A stretch of DNA of 64,000 bases from Chloroflexota bacterium (lineage in GTDB: Bacteria > Chloroflexota > UBA11872 > UBA12225): the NCBI GenBank assembly GCA_009693165.1, contig SHXX01000004.1, forward strand, positions 1,829 through 65,828, written 5' to 3'. A program made the translations under genes and the position numbers. Below the pieces are notes generated by a model, which was not told the origin of the DNA, did no database searches, and saw nothing but the letters and a program-made list of their open reading frames with translations. Of this stretch, positions 49,983 through 60,084 are shown in pieces. Position 1 is the stretch's first letter. Each line of letters opens with the position of its first letter.

Positions 49983-51002
49983 ATGACGGTGGCGGAACCG
50001 AAAACGCGATCATCTGGGAGCTACAAGCCAACGCTCATTGGGATTGGGATTAGTCTCGGGTGCATCGGGATCCTTGCCGGTACTGTTGATGTTCACCAGA
50101 CCATCAAGGCACTTCGCGACGTAGACCCCTATCCGCTGTTCGTGTCGGTGGTGTTGACGGCAATCACAGTTGCGTGCCGGGCGTTGCGCTGGCAAGCCTT
50201 GCTTAGACCGGAATCACGTTCCGGGTTCTGGTCTGCGGTCGAGGCGACGCTGATTGGCTACTTGTTCATTGCGGTCCTACCAGGCAGAGTTGGCGAAATC
50301 ACACGGGCGGCAGTCCTGGGCCGTACTGAAAACGTCCCGACTGGGCGTGCAGTCGGAACGATCATAATCGAGAAGATATTTGATATTGCTGCCCTCCTGA
50401 TCATGTTGGGGGTTCTCTCGCTCATCATTCCGCTCCCCGTGTGGGCACGAACCGCTGGCCTAAGCGTGACCGCTGTCTTTGCAGTCCTGACTGTTGGGTT
50501 TCTCGTAGCGACGTCGGTGAGACAAAGACTTGTGGGCTGGATCCAGGCACGACTGGATCCTCTGCCGGTCCTCCGGCGTTGCCGTCCCTCGCGGCTTGCA
50601 AACGAGCTGTTACGGGCCGCGAATAGTCTTTCATCAGGCAATCTACTTGCAGTTCAGGTTGCAGCGAGTACCGTCCTCTGGCTGCTTGCAATTTGTCAGG
50701 TCTACCTTGGGACCCTTGCTTTCCACCTGAACACTGGTTGGGATGCCGCGACGTTTGTGCTCGTCGCCACAAACTTGGGCATGACCATTCCTTCAGCGCC
50801 AGCTTCGCTCGGGGTGTATCACGGCATCACCGTACTTGCGCTTGACGTTTTCAATGTGACCGCGCCGACTGCTCTCGGTCTCGCGGTTGGAATGCATGCC
50901 CTCGGGTTCGGCACACTGAGCCTTGCGGGCGCATTGTGTCTTGTCCGGGGTCTCTTGCTCGGACGCTTCGCGATTGTCGACCTGTGGAAGTGGAGAGCCT
51001 GA
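49983..51002 (+). CDS. Lysylphosphatidylglycerol-synthase TM region / UPF0104 flippase-like membrane protein
   Basis: RALRWQALL, LPGRVGEITRA, IIEKIFD, IPSAPASLGVYH. Confidence 0.85.
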   Translation: MTVAEPKTRSSGSYKPTLIGIGISLGCIGILAGTVDVHQTIKALRDVDPYPLFVSVVLTAITVACRALRWQALLRPESRSGFWSAVEATLIGYLFIAVLPGRVGEITRAAVLGRTENVPTGRAVGTIIIEKIFDIAALLIMLGVLSLIIPLPVWARTAGLSVTAVFAVLTVGFLVATSVRQRLVGWIQARLDPLPVLRRCRPSRLANELLRAANSLSSGNLLAVQVAASTVLWLLAICQVYLGTLAFHLNTGWDAATFVLVATNLGMTIPSAPASLGVYHGITVLALDVFNVTAPTALGLAVGMHALGFGTLSLAGALCLVRGLLLGRFAIVDLWKWRA

Positions 51003-51067
51003 CGTGGTGATCATTTTGTTGACACGTCGCTCGCCAGAGTTCGGTGGCACCTTGAGGGGGCTTCCGC

Positions 51068-51964
51068 ATGGGAACTGATCGAGCTTTACCCTCTCCCCCC
51101 GAGTTGTTGCGGATTGGTGCCGACGGTCAGGTGTTCGCCACCGCAAGCCTTCTCGCCCGCGCTCCTGCGATCGCACGCCAGCACCTCTCGACGCTTCCCG
51201 TACACCGCGCAATCATCCGCGTGGTCGAATGCCTGATGGTTGGGGCTGAACCGCTTGTTGGTCCTGTACTGGATGTTGGGTGCGGTGACGGGCACTTTGC
51301 TGGTGCCTGTCTAGTGCCTTCATATGGAGCTCGGATCGATGTGGGGATTGACCCGGCGGTTGCGTCCGTTCGCGAGGCGCACGAAGCCGGTGTGTATCGA
51401 ATGGCTCTTGCGTGTGGTGGCCAGGCTCTGCCATTTGCAGATGGATCATTCCCAACGGTCGTGAGCAATTGCGTTCTCGAACACATTCCGCCACTTGAGG
51501 AAACCCTGAGGGAAATCCACCGAGTTCTCGCACCGGCTGGCAAGTTGATAATCACCGTTCCGAGTGATCAGTTCGCCGGCTCGCTTTTTTGGTCCCGGAC
51601 TCTGTCCCGTTTCGGATTTCCTTCCGCTGGGTCTGCCTACGGCAGATGGTTCAACCGAATCTCCCTTCATTTCCACACGTACGATCGTGATGGATGGCAG
51701 GCACGGCTTCATGCTGCCGGCTTCAAGGTCGAAAAATGGACCTCCTATCTGCTTCCGGATGTGATGGCCCTGTTTGACCTAAGCCATTATTACGGGGTTC
51801 CGACATTGGTGACGAAGAGACTGACTGGAAGGTGGATCCTTTGGCCAGGTAAATGGCGTTACCTACCGTGGGAACGTGCGCTGGAGAATGCGCTGGCGTC
51901 ATGGGCACGGCAGATTGCCGTCCCGAATGGCTCCTACTTCTTCTTTGTCGCGAGGAAGGCATAA
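51068..51964 (+). CDS. Class I SAM-dependent methyltransferase
   Basis: VLDVGCGDG, LPFADGSF, SNCVLEHI, EIHRVLAPAG. Confidence 0.88.
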   Translation: MGTDRALPSPPELLRIGADGQVFATASLLARAPAIARQHLSTLPVHRAIIRVVECLMVGAEPLVGPVLDVGCGDGHFAGACLVPSYGARIDVGIDPAVASVREAHEAGVYRMALACGGQALPFADGSFPTVVSNCVLEHIPPLEETLREIHRVLAPAGKLIITVPSDQFAGSLFWSRTLSRFGFPSAGSAYGRWFNRISLHFHTYDRDGWQARLHAAGFKVEKWTSYLLPDVMALFDLSHYYGVPTLVTKRLTGRWILWPGKWRYLPWERALENALASWARQIAVPNGSYFFFVARKA

Positions 51965-51965
51965 C

Positions 51966-54900
51966 GTGGCCAGTGCACCGACTGATGAGCCTGGACCGGT
52001 TCGGCCTCCAAACCCCGGAGCGGAAACCGCGGCCCGTGAAGCGGATCCATCAACGGGCGATTACGGGTCGGTGGCTGATGCATTTGCGGTTCCGGAAGAG
52101 ACGCACAGCTTTCCGGTTGCGATCCGAAGCACATTCAACTCGCAACGGTCTCGACATCTTGAAAATTGGGTTTTCGCGCTCATCATCGCCTTGGCTGCAG
52201 TCCTCCGATTCACTGGTGTGAACTGGGACAATGGAAGTCAGCTGCATCCGGATGAGCGCTTCCTTTTCATGGTCGAAGGCGCACTTCGTCCAGGGTTTGT
52301 CGCAACTGGTGCGAACGGCTCCACTGTCCAGACAAGGTCTGCACCAATCTGGGAGTACTACTTTGACACAGCGCGGTCGGGTCTCAACCCGCACAACGTG
52401 GGCTATGGCTTCTTTGTCTACGGAACATTTCCGTTACTTGCGACGAAATGGATTCTGACCCTTTTCCAATCCAGCGGATTTGACCGGATCCATCTGATTG
52501 GGCGGTCCCTTTCAGCACTCTCCGACACCGGTTCCGTTGCACTTGTGGCGATTATTGCCCGCAGGATGTTCGGACCTCGGGTCGGCCTGCTCGCTGCTGC
52601 GCTACTCGCGGTGTGTGTACTTCATATTCAACAAGCACACTTCTTTGTTTTTGACAGTTTTCTGGTGACGCTCGTCCTGGCATGTTTCTGGTCTTGCCTA
52701 AACATCGTTGCATTCGCCCGTTGGCGCGACTTCGCGATTACTGGCCTTCTGCTCGGTCTGACCTTCGCTACCAAACTCTCGATGGTGGTGTTCATGCCGG
52801 TGATTGCGTTCGCTGGTCTGATCCATCTCTGGGAGGTTCACCGGGCAAAGCATCATCGTGGCCTGGATTACCTTGGTGACGAGAAGGAATCGCCTACTGT
52901 CGCCGCAGTGCTGGAAGAATGGTGGGAGGATGGATCTCTTACCGCAATCATCGCTGGAGGGATTCTCACAGCGCTTGTCGCGATCCTCGTTTTTCGGATC
53001 GCCCAACCGTACGCGTTCGCAGGTCCAAGCCCGTTTGACCTTCGCCTGAACCCAAAGTGGTTAGACAACATCGACTACCAGGCGAAGTCTCAGGATGGGT
53101 CAGTCGATCTGCCTCCCAGTATCCAGTGGGCCGAGACATCGAAGGTCTTCTTTCCACTACGACACATGGTGAACTGGGGACTCGGATTGCCATTGGGTGT
53201 CGCGGTTTGGGCAAGCTTTTTCGGCGCCTGCTGGCTTGCAGCATCTCGGCAGCGATGGCAGCACGCGCTTGTTGCTTTCTGGGCCGGTCTTTGCTTCCTC
53301 TACTTCTCGTCTGTCCTGAACAAGACGATGCGGTACCTGCTTCCGTCATACCCCTTCTTCGTGATCCTCGGCGCCTGGGGCCTGGTGTCGATGTTCGACG
53401 CACTCAAGAATGGTAGAGATCGGGTACGTAATGGGATGCCGTTCCAATCGAATGATATTCCGGAGGCGGTGAGGTTGAGGCTTTCCACGCTCAACCTGAC
53501 GGCAATTTCACCAATCGCCCCACTCGTCGGCTCACTTGCCGTACTTGGCGTGTTGGTCTATTCCTCAGGATGGTCCTTTGCGTTTACTCGCATCTACGCA
53601 AGCCCAGTAAGTCGCGGTCAGGCCTCAATGTGGATTTACCGCAACGTGCCTCCGCCCGCAGTCATCGCGAATGAACACTGGGATGACCCGTTGCCTCTTC
53701 CAATCCCAGGGTTCGACCACGGAAAGTACGCGGGGCCCCAGTTGCCTCTCTACGACCCAGACGAGCCGAAGAAGATCGACACAATCATACAGATGCTGTC
53801 GCAATCTTCCTACATGAATATCACGAGCAATCGCTTGTACGGGTCAATTCCCCGGATGCCTGAACGGTACCCCATGACAAGCGAATATTATCGGAGGCTG
53901 TTCGCTGGTGACCTTGGTTTTTCGCTTGTCGCCACCATTCCGAGCTACCCGTCAATTGGCTCGTGGGTGATAAACGACGATACCGCCGAGGAAGCATTCA
54001 CCGTTTACGACCATCCTAAGGTTCTCATCTTCCGGAAGGATCCAGATTTTTCAGCGGCCCGCGTGAGACAGATCCTGACCTCAGTCTCCCTCGACCACGT
54101 CCAGAACATTCCCCCCATCATGGCTGGACGCCCGAACCTTCAATTGAACGCGACGTCACGTGAGGCTGTCACGGAGGGTGGGACCTGGAGCGACAGTTTT
54201 TCCTTGGATAGCGGGTCCGCACTGGTTGCGCCGGTTCTCTGGTACTTCACGCTTTCAATATTGGGACTGATCGCGGCACCGTTGGTTTGGTCTGCCCTTC
54301 CTTCGCTTCCTGACCGCGGGTACGGGTTGTCGCGCCCCATCGGTCTCTTGGCAGTGAGTTGGGTGGGATGGCTATTCGCGTCCGCTGATTTGCTCCCCTG
54401 GACCCGACTTTCACTTGTTGCAGCGAGTGCGGCGTGTGTGGTGCCGGTCATCCCGGTACTCAGGCGCAGCGGTCGTGAATGGGTGTTTTGGGTGCGAGAG
54501 AATTGGCGGACGATTGTCACCATTGAGGTGTTCACACTTGGCGCGTTTGCCGTTTTCTGCTTGATCAGGTCGGTGAACCCTGATCTCTGGCACCCCGCGC
54601 GTGGCGGTGAGAAGCCGATGGAGTTTGCGTATCTGAACGCCGTCATCAAGACGGCTTCATTCCCGCCTTACGATCCTTGGTTTGCGGGCGGTTACCTCAA
54701 CTACTACTACTTTGGATACGTGCTTATCGGGGCACTCGCGAAGTTAGCCGGCGTCGCTCCGTCTGTCAGTTTCAACATTGGCGTCGCAACGGTATATGCC
54801 ATGACTGTAGGTGCGACCTTTGGGGTCGCTTCAAACCTCACGATTCTCGGATGGAAGACGGCGGTCGGGCAAGGTGGGGTCGTGAGACGATACCGGCCGA

Positions 54901-56789
54901 TGCTGTATGGAGGGATTGCGGGGGTGGTATTTCTCGCCATTGTTGGAAACCTTGACGCATTTGGGCAGCTTGTCGATCGTCTCGCCCGGTCGGCGAGTGC
55001 TGCCGGGAGTGTGCCGGTGTCGGGATTGCCTGCATTGGTAGGCGGTGTGCCGGCGGTCCTTCTCGGGGGTGGGTCGCTGGAAGGGTTCGATTTCTGGCGT
55101 TCCTCACGGGTGATCCCGAACAACACCATCAATGAGTTTCCGTTCTGGACGTTCCTTTTTTCCGACCTTCACGCGCACATGATCAGCATTCCCTATCAGG
55201 TTGTTTCGGCCGGGGTGATGCTCGGAATAGCGACGCACACTGTGCCGATATCTGGTTCTGGGCGGATGACTGCCTTTGATCGCCTCCTTGGCGTGATTAC
55301 GATCCGGAACTTGGTTGTCGGGGCAGGGTTGGGATGGGTCGTCGGTGCCCTGAACGTCATCAACAGTTGGGAGTATCCAACCCACCTACTCCTGGCGGTG
55401 ATTGCACTTGGAATTGCGAGGGTCGCAAGACGTGGATCTGCCACCGCGACAGACGTCGTTCATGTCATGGTGAGTTCGCTCGTCATGTTCGTCACTTCAA
55501 CACTCTGGTACCGGCCCTTTTGGTCGAACTACCTGACTGTGTATAGCTCGGTAAGTTTGTGGACGACAGATAAATCGACGTTAGTCGACTACTTGATCAT
55601 TCACGGAGCAATGGTCTTTCAATTGCTTACGTTCGTGGCACTCGTGGGATGGCCGGTCTGGCGGTCGACCGGGTGGGGTCGATACATCGCGGTGCGTCTA
55701 CGAAACCTCGACGCATGGGAGCGGGTTTCGCGTCACGAGCGTGCTCTGCTTCCGTCAAGTGCCTTGTTGGGTACTTGGTATGTCGCGTTAAGTGCAATAT
55801 TCGTTTTGGTAATTGCTACCCTCGCCATTGCAAGGTCATCCCTGATCGCGTTCCTTATCACAATGGTGTTGATCATGGTGCTAGTAGCGTGGGAGCAACG
55901 TCGTCAACCCGCACTCGCTTTCGCGGCCACCCTTGGGGCAACGGGAGCGGCCATAGGTATATTTGTCGAGTACTTCGCACTGTCCGGTGACATTGGGCGA
56001 ATGAACACCGTCTTCAAGTTCTACCTGCAGGTGTGGGTGCTCTGGTCATTGGTTTCGGGTGCGACGCTAGTTTGGGCGTTTGCGCGAGTGTTTGATCGCA
56101 AAAGGCTGAAGCCAATCGGGCTATTGCACTGGGGATGGGTGTCCGTCACCTCAGCACTCATGCTTGCCGTTCTGGCGTACCCGCTTGGAGCCGTGCCCGC
56201 ACGGGTTGCGGATCGGTTTGCCCCGTTGCCCCCGACACTTGACGGAATGGCGTACATGAAGTCGGCGACCGTGCAGGATGCAAGCAGTGAAGTCACGCCC
56301 GCGAACCCTGGTGGCGCGACACTGAGGGCATTTGCCGACTACCTCGCGATCAGGTGGATGCTTGAGAATATCCAAGGCACCCCGGTGGTCCTTGAGGCAT
56401 CCGTGCCTGAGTACCGATGGGGTTCGAGGGTCTCGAAGTACACCGGACTGCCGGCAGTCCTTGGGTGGCGGTGGCACCAAGCCCAGCAGCGAGGACCATA
56501 CGCGCCTCAGGTAGACGGACGTTTGCGGGATGTCCAATCGATGTTCAACACCACGAGTACCGACGTGGCACAGGTGCTCCTTTCGAGGTACCACGTGCGG
56601 TACGTGTACGTCGGAGATCTGGAACGCGCTTACTACGCGTCGGCTGGAATCGCCAAGTTTGCGTCGGCGCCTGCACTTTTCCGATCCGTCTATGATGCGG
56701 ACGGGGTGACCATTTACGAGTTCCTTCCCGAGGCTGGACGTCAGGGTCGGACACAGGCGCTGCCTTTGGAAGGCCCATTGGTCCAGTGA
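51966..56789 (+). CDS. Giant fusion: PMT-like GT-C module plus DUF2298/YYY GT-C module, each followed by a soluble domain
   Basis: LHPDERF, ANEHWDD, FTVYDHP; GGEKPMEFAYLNA, PPYDPWFAGGYLNYYYFG, INEFP..DLHAH, RMNTVFKFY, LGWRWH; GTG 51966 after GAGGAAGG. Confidence 0.85.
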   Translation: MASAPTDEPGPVRPPNPGAETAAREADPSTGDYGSVADAFAVPEETHSFPVAIRSTFNSQRSRHLENWVFALIIALAAVLRFTGVNWDNGSQLHPDERFLFMVEGALRPGFVATGANGSTVQTRSAPIWEYYFDTARSGLNPHNVGYGFFVYGTFPLLATKWILTLFQSSGFDRIHLIGRSLSALSDTGSVALVAIIARRMFGPRVGLLAAALLAVCVLHIQQAHFFVFDSFLVTLVLACFWSCLNIVAFARWRDFAITGLLLGLTFATKLSMVVFMPVIAFAGLIHLWEVHRAKHHRGLDYLGDEKESPTVAAVLEEWWEDGSLTAIIAGGILTALVAILVFRIAQPYAFAGPSPFDLRLNPKWLDNIDYQAKSQDGSVDLPPSIQWAETSKVFFPLRHMVNWGLGLPLGVAVWASFFGACWLAASRQRWQHALVAFWAGLCFLYFSSVLNKTMRYLLPSYPFFVILGAWGLVSMFDALKNGRDRVRNGMPFQSNDIPEAVRLRLSTLNLTAISPIAPLVGSLAVLGVLVYSSGWSFAFTRIYASPVSRGQASMWIYRNVPPPAVIANEHWDDPLPLPIPGFDHGKYAGPQLPLYDPDEPKKIDTIIQMLSQSSYMNITSNRLYGSIPRMPERYPMTSEYYRRLFAGDLGFSLVATIPSYPSIGSWVINDDTAEEAFTVYDHPKVLIFRKDPDFSAARVRQILTSVSLDHVQNIPPIMAGRPNLQLNATSREAVTEGGTWSDSFSLDSGSALVAPVLWYFTLSILGLIAAPLVWSALPSLPDRGYGLSRPIGLLAVSWVGWLFASADLLPWTRLSLVAASAACVVPVIPVLRRSGREWVFWVRENWRTIVTIEVFTLGAFAVFCLIRSVNPDLWHPARGGEKPMEFAYLNAVIKTASFPPYDPWFAGGYLNYYYFGYVLIGALAKLAGVAPSVSFNIGVATVYAMTVGATFGVASNLTILGWKTAVGQGGVVRRYRPMLYGGIAGVVFLAIVGNLDAFGQLVDRLARSASAAGSVPVSGLPALVGGVPAVLLGGGSLEGFDFWRSSRVIPNNTINEFPFWTFLFSDLHAHMISIPYQVVSAGVMLGIATHTVPISGSGRMTAFDRLLGVITIRNLVVGAGLGWVVGALNVINSWEYPTHLLLAVIALGIARVARRGSATATDVVHVMVSSLVMFVTSTLWYRPFWSNYLTVYSSVSLWTTDKSTLVDYLIIHGAMVFQLLTFVALVGWPVWRSTGWGRYIAVRLRNLDAWERVSRHERALLPSSALLGTWYVALSAIFVLVIATLAIARSSLIAFLITMVLIMVLVAWEQRRQPALAFAATLGATGAAIGIFVEYFALSGDIGRMNTVFKFYLQVWVLWSLVSGATLVWAFARVFDRKRLKPIGLLHWGWVSVTSALMLAVLAYPLGAVPARVADRFAPLPPTLDGMAYMKSATVQDASSEVTPANPGGATLRAFADYLAIRWMLENIQGTPVVLEASVPEYRWGSRVSKYTGLPAVLGWRWHQAQQRGPYAPQVDGRLRDVQSMFNTTSTDVAQVLLSRYHVRYVYVGDLERAYYASAGIAKFASAPALFRSVYDADGVTIYEFLPEAGRQGRTQALPLEGPLVQ

Positions 56790-56889
56790 TGATGCGTGAA
56801 AGACGCGCACGGTGGCTGACCGGGATAATTGTCATACCCGTGGGTGGATCAGGCCGCCTGCAGGATCCGAATTTCAGGAGCGTTAGGGC

Positions 56890-59800
56890 GTGTCAATGAA
56901 GCGGTCGTCTGATCGAAGTGCAGCCGATGCAACGCTTGAACCTGACGAGGTGCCATTGACTGGTGAACCCGCATTGTTGGAACAGTCATCCAAGGCTGCG
57001 GCGCCGGAGGTGGTTCCTGCCGAGGATGTTGTGCGTCAGCCTGAGCGTGGACGCTGGGACATGCGCCGACGCGCCTCGCGGACTACGCGGGCTGACGGCG
57101 ATGATGTCGCTCAACCCGCACGGCGACAAGAGTTGTCAGAGGGTGCGGTTTCGGCTTCTGGGGGTTCAGTCGTCATCGCGGATGACGATCCGTCTGTAGG
57201 TCCGAACCTGTTGGAGTGGTTGCGGCAACCGTGGCTGTATGGATTGAACTACGGTCAGGCACTTCTCGTACTCATACTTGTGATCACGACACTCATCTCC
57301 CGGTTCTACCACGTTGGTGACCGGGCCATGCATCATGACGAGAGCATGCACGCGAAGTTCGCTTGGGACACGTTTCGCGGACAGGTCTACAAGTACAACC
57401 CTCTGCTTCACGGTCCATTCCAGTTCCTGAGTGTCGCAACGAGTTTCTGGATTTTTGGGGCAACGGAAGCGACGGCGCGGGCAGTTCCGGCAGCTTTCGG
57501 GGTTGGACTGGTGGCGATCTCGTTCCTGTGGCGTCGATGGCTTGGGACGACGGGCTGGATCATCGCGCTAGCGATGCTCGCGTTTTCCCCTTCGTTCATC
57601 TACTTTGCAAGGATGCTTCGTGAGGATTCGTACACGGCGACGTGGACCCTGCTTGCGATGACCGGATTTGTCGGGTTCATTCTCCATCGGAGACGTGCCT
57701 GGCACTACACCTTTTGCGTCGGGCTTTCATTCGCGTATGCCACGAAGGAAAGCACGTTCATCACCTTCTTTCTCCTCGGGACCTTCATGATTTTGTCGGC
57801 AATCTGGGAACACGGGACTGTTCCGATGCGCAGGATTGTCCAGGTTGCCGCGGTGGGCGCACTGGTTGGTGGGTTCCTTTCGGCAGTTGTGGGCATCTAC
57901 AAGAAAGAGCTGTTCGAAATTGGTGGTGGGTTCATCGGTCTTGTCCTCGGAGCATTCGCGGGGATGGTGTATGACCGCCTGCGCCCAGCTGAATTCGATG
58001 AACGCCATGCACGTGAACGCGGTGCAAGCGGCACCTTCACAGGTGCCTGGTTTCAACTTTGGCGTGACCGGGAGGGGTTCTGGGGCCTCGGAACCTTTTC
58101 GGGTGGCATTGTCATCTTCTTTTTGATCTTCATCGTGCTTTTCACAAGTTTGTTCACGAACTTTGGGGGTATTCGTGAAGGACTCATTGGGGGCATCAGG
58201 TATTGGCTAGAACAACATGGTGTCCAGCGCGGAAACCAGCCTTGGTACTACTACATTCTTATTCTCAGCGCGTATGAGACATTGCCATTTATCTTTTTTA
58301 TAGCAGGGACGGTTGAATACTTGCGCCGTCCGACGTGGGTAACCAGCTTTCTACTCTGGTGGGGCTGGGGTGCGCTGACAATTTACAGTTGGGCTGGTGA
58401 GAAGATGCCGTGGCTCGTGATCCACATCGCGACGCCGATGGTCTTTGTCGCCGCCCGGTTCATTGGCGACGTCTGGCGTGATCCTGCGTCCGATCCATGG
58501 AAGCTTCGGATCACGACCGGTGTCGGGGTCCTGCTTTCGTTCTGGTGCATCCATACGGGTTGGCCGGTCAACTTTGAGCGCCCTGACACGCCGCGCGATC
58601 TCCTGGTGTACACGCAGACGGCCCCGGACGTGAAGAAGGTCATGGCCGACATCGAGCGAATCAGTCTTGAGCAGACCGCCAACAGCCGGGATATCGGCGT
58701 GACCGTGCAGTCCGGAACTTGGTGGCCGTTCTCGTGGTACCTGCGTGACTACAAGAATGTGGACTATCCCGCGCAGCTGACGGCTCCGGCGACCAAGCCG
58801 ATTGTGCTCATCGCGCTTGAGGACGACGAAAAGAACGCCCCCTTCCTCAACGGTTACACGAAGACAAAATACAAGATGAGGTGGTGGTATCCGGAAGACT
58901 ACCGGAACATCACTTTGCAATCGTTCCGGAATGTGATCACGAATGCCGAGACCCGATCGGTCCTGTGGCAGTGGCTGATATACCGTGAGCCGACCCAGCC
59001 ACTTGGCTCATACGATTTCTACGTGTACCTGAAAGACGGGATCTCCACGGGGACCCCGCAGGTTGGCGGTGCGCCAGTAGCCCCGAGCGCCCCGCGGATC
59101 AATCCCGAGGCCTATGCCGGGAAGTCAGTCCCGGTCCAGGTTGTTTCGGAGTTCGGCACCACTGGCAAGGCGAACGGTCAGTACACGTTGCCGAGAGGGA
59201 TAGCTTCCGCAGGATCGAACGCCTTCTTCATTGCTGATACCGGGAACCACCGCATCCAGAAGGTTGATCGTGCAGGCAAGGTGTTGCTTGCATGGGGGAC
59301 CGAGGGGTCTGGCGACGGCCAGTTCAAGGAGCCGATGGGCGTCGCGATTGATCGTGACGGTAATGTGTTCGTTGCGGACACGTGGAACCACCGCATCCAG
59401 AAATTCGATCCGAATGGCAAGTTCCTTCTGAAGTGGTCCGGCCAGAACGGCGGGTTCTGGGGACCGCGTGGCATGGTCGTGGACCAGCAGGGGAATGTGT
59501 ACGTCACGGACACCGGGAACAAGCGCATTCAGAAGTTCGATGGAACTGGCAAGTTCATTGCCCAATTCGGTCAGGGCGGTGGCGGTCCGGGTCAGCTGAA
59601 TGAGCCAATCGGCATCGCCCTCGATGCACTCGGGAATATGTATGTGGCGGACACCAATAATCGCCGCATCCAGAAGCTCGACCAAAGCGGGAAATATCTT
59701 GCGGAGTTCCCAATTCAGGGTTGGCAATCGGGTCCACGCACCGAGCCGTACGTAGCAGTGGATATTCAGGGCTACGTGTTCGTGACTGATCCTCCCAACA

Positions 59801-59967
59801 ACCGTATCGTGAAGTTCAGCCCGTCTGGGGAGGCCCTTTCAATCGTCGGCACGGTGGGGAAGGCCGGTGGGCAGTTCGACCTACCCTTGGGGATTGTCTC
59901 GGACGGGTCTACGTTGCTTATTGTCGACTCTGGAAACGGTCGCATTCAGGCAATCACGGCCCCCTAG
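56890..59967 (+). CDS. TIGR03663-type (Agl23-like) GT-C membrane protein fused to a C-terminal NHL beta-propeller
   Basis: MHHDESMHA, YKYNPLLHGP, RMLRED, TKE, GEKMPWL, VYTQT; repeated ADT.N.RIQKF. Confidence 0.85.
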   Translation: MSMKRSSDRSAADATLEPDEVPLTGEPALLEQSSKAAAPEVVPAEDVVRQPERGRWDMRRRASRTTRADGDDVAQPARRQELSEGAVSASGGSVVIADDDPSVGPNLLEWLRQPWLYGLNYGQALLVLILVITTLISRFYHVGDRAMHHDESMHAKFAWDTFRGQVYKYNPLLHGPFQFLSVATSFWIFGATEATARAVPAAFGVGLVAISFLWRRWLGTTGWIIALAMLAFSPSFIYFARMLREDSYTATWTLLAMTGFVGFILHRRRAWHYTFCVGLSFAYATKESTFITFFLLGTFMILSAIWEHGTVPMRRIVQVAAVGALVGGFLSAVVGIYKKELFEIGGGFIGLVLGAFAGMVYDRLRPAEFDERHARERGASGTFTGAWFQLWRDREGFWGLGTFSGGIVIFFLIFIVLFTSLFTNFGGIREGLIGGIRYWLEQHGVQRGNQPWYYYILILSAYETLPFIFFIAGTVEYLRRPTWVTSFLLWWGWGALTIYSWAGEKMPWLVIHIATPMVFVAARFIGDVWRDPASDPWKLRITTGVGVLLSFWCIHTGWPVNFERPDTPRDLLVYTQTAPDVKKVMADIERISLEQTANSRDIGVTVQSGTWWPFSWYLRDYKNVDYPAQLTAPATKPIVLIALEDDEKNAPFLNGYTKTKYKMRWWYPEDYRNITLQSFRNVITNAETRSVLWQWLIYREPTQPLGSYDFYVYLKDGISTGTPQVGGAPVAPSAPRINPEAYAGKSVPVQVVSEFGTTGKANGQYTLPRGIASAGSNAFFIADTGNHRIQKVDRAGKVLLAWGTEGSGDGQFKEPMGVAIDRDGNVFVADTWNHRIQKFDPNGKFLLKWSGQNGGFWGPRGMVVDQQGNVYVTDTGNKRIQKFDGTGKFIAQFGQGGGGPGQLNEPIGIALDALGNMYVADTNNRRIQKLDQSGKYLAEFPIQGWQSGPRTEPYVAVDIQGYVFVTDPPNNRIVKFSPSGEALSIVGTVGKAGGQFDLPLGIVSDGSTLLIVDSGNGRIQAITAP
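59140..59964 (+). repeat. About six NHL repeats (protein-level tandem repeats)
   Basis: G..GQF..P.G[VI]A.D..GN.[YF]V[AT]DT.N.RIQK recurs roughly every 47 aa. Confidence 0.88.
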
Positions 59968-60084
59968 CGAAGGGATCCCGGTTGCAATGCGAACCCAAGG
60001 GGGGCTGCTTGTAACCCTCTCGGTTTTCTCGTAGCGGTGCCTTCCCTAGGGCACCTGCTACGTGAGGGAAATGGGGCTTACCTA

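Noticed and set aside
59140-59964. Repeated DNA words (ACCACCGCATCCAGAA etc.) as a CRISPR or DNA repeat
   Set aside because: They are degenerate and in frame, and are explained by NHL protein repeats; there is no repeat-spacer pattern or cas gene
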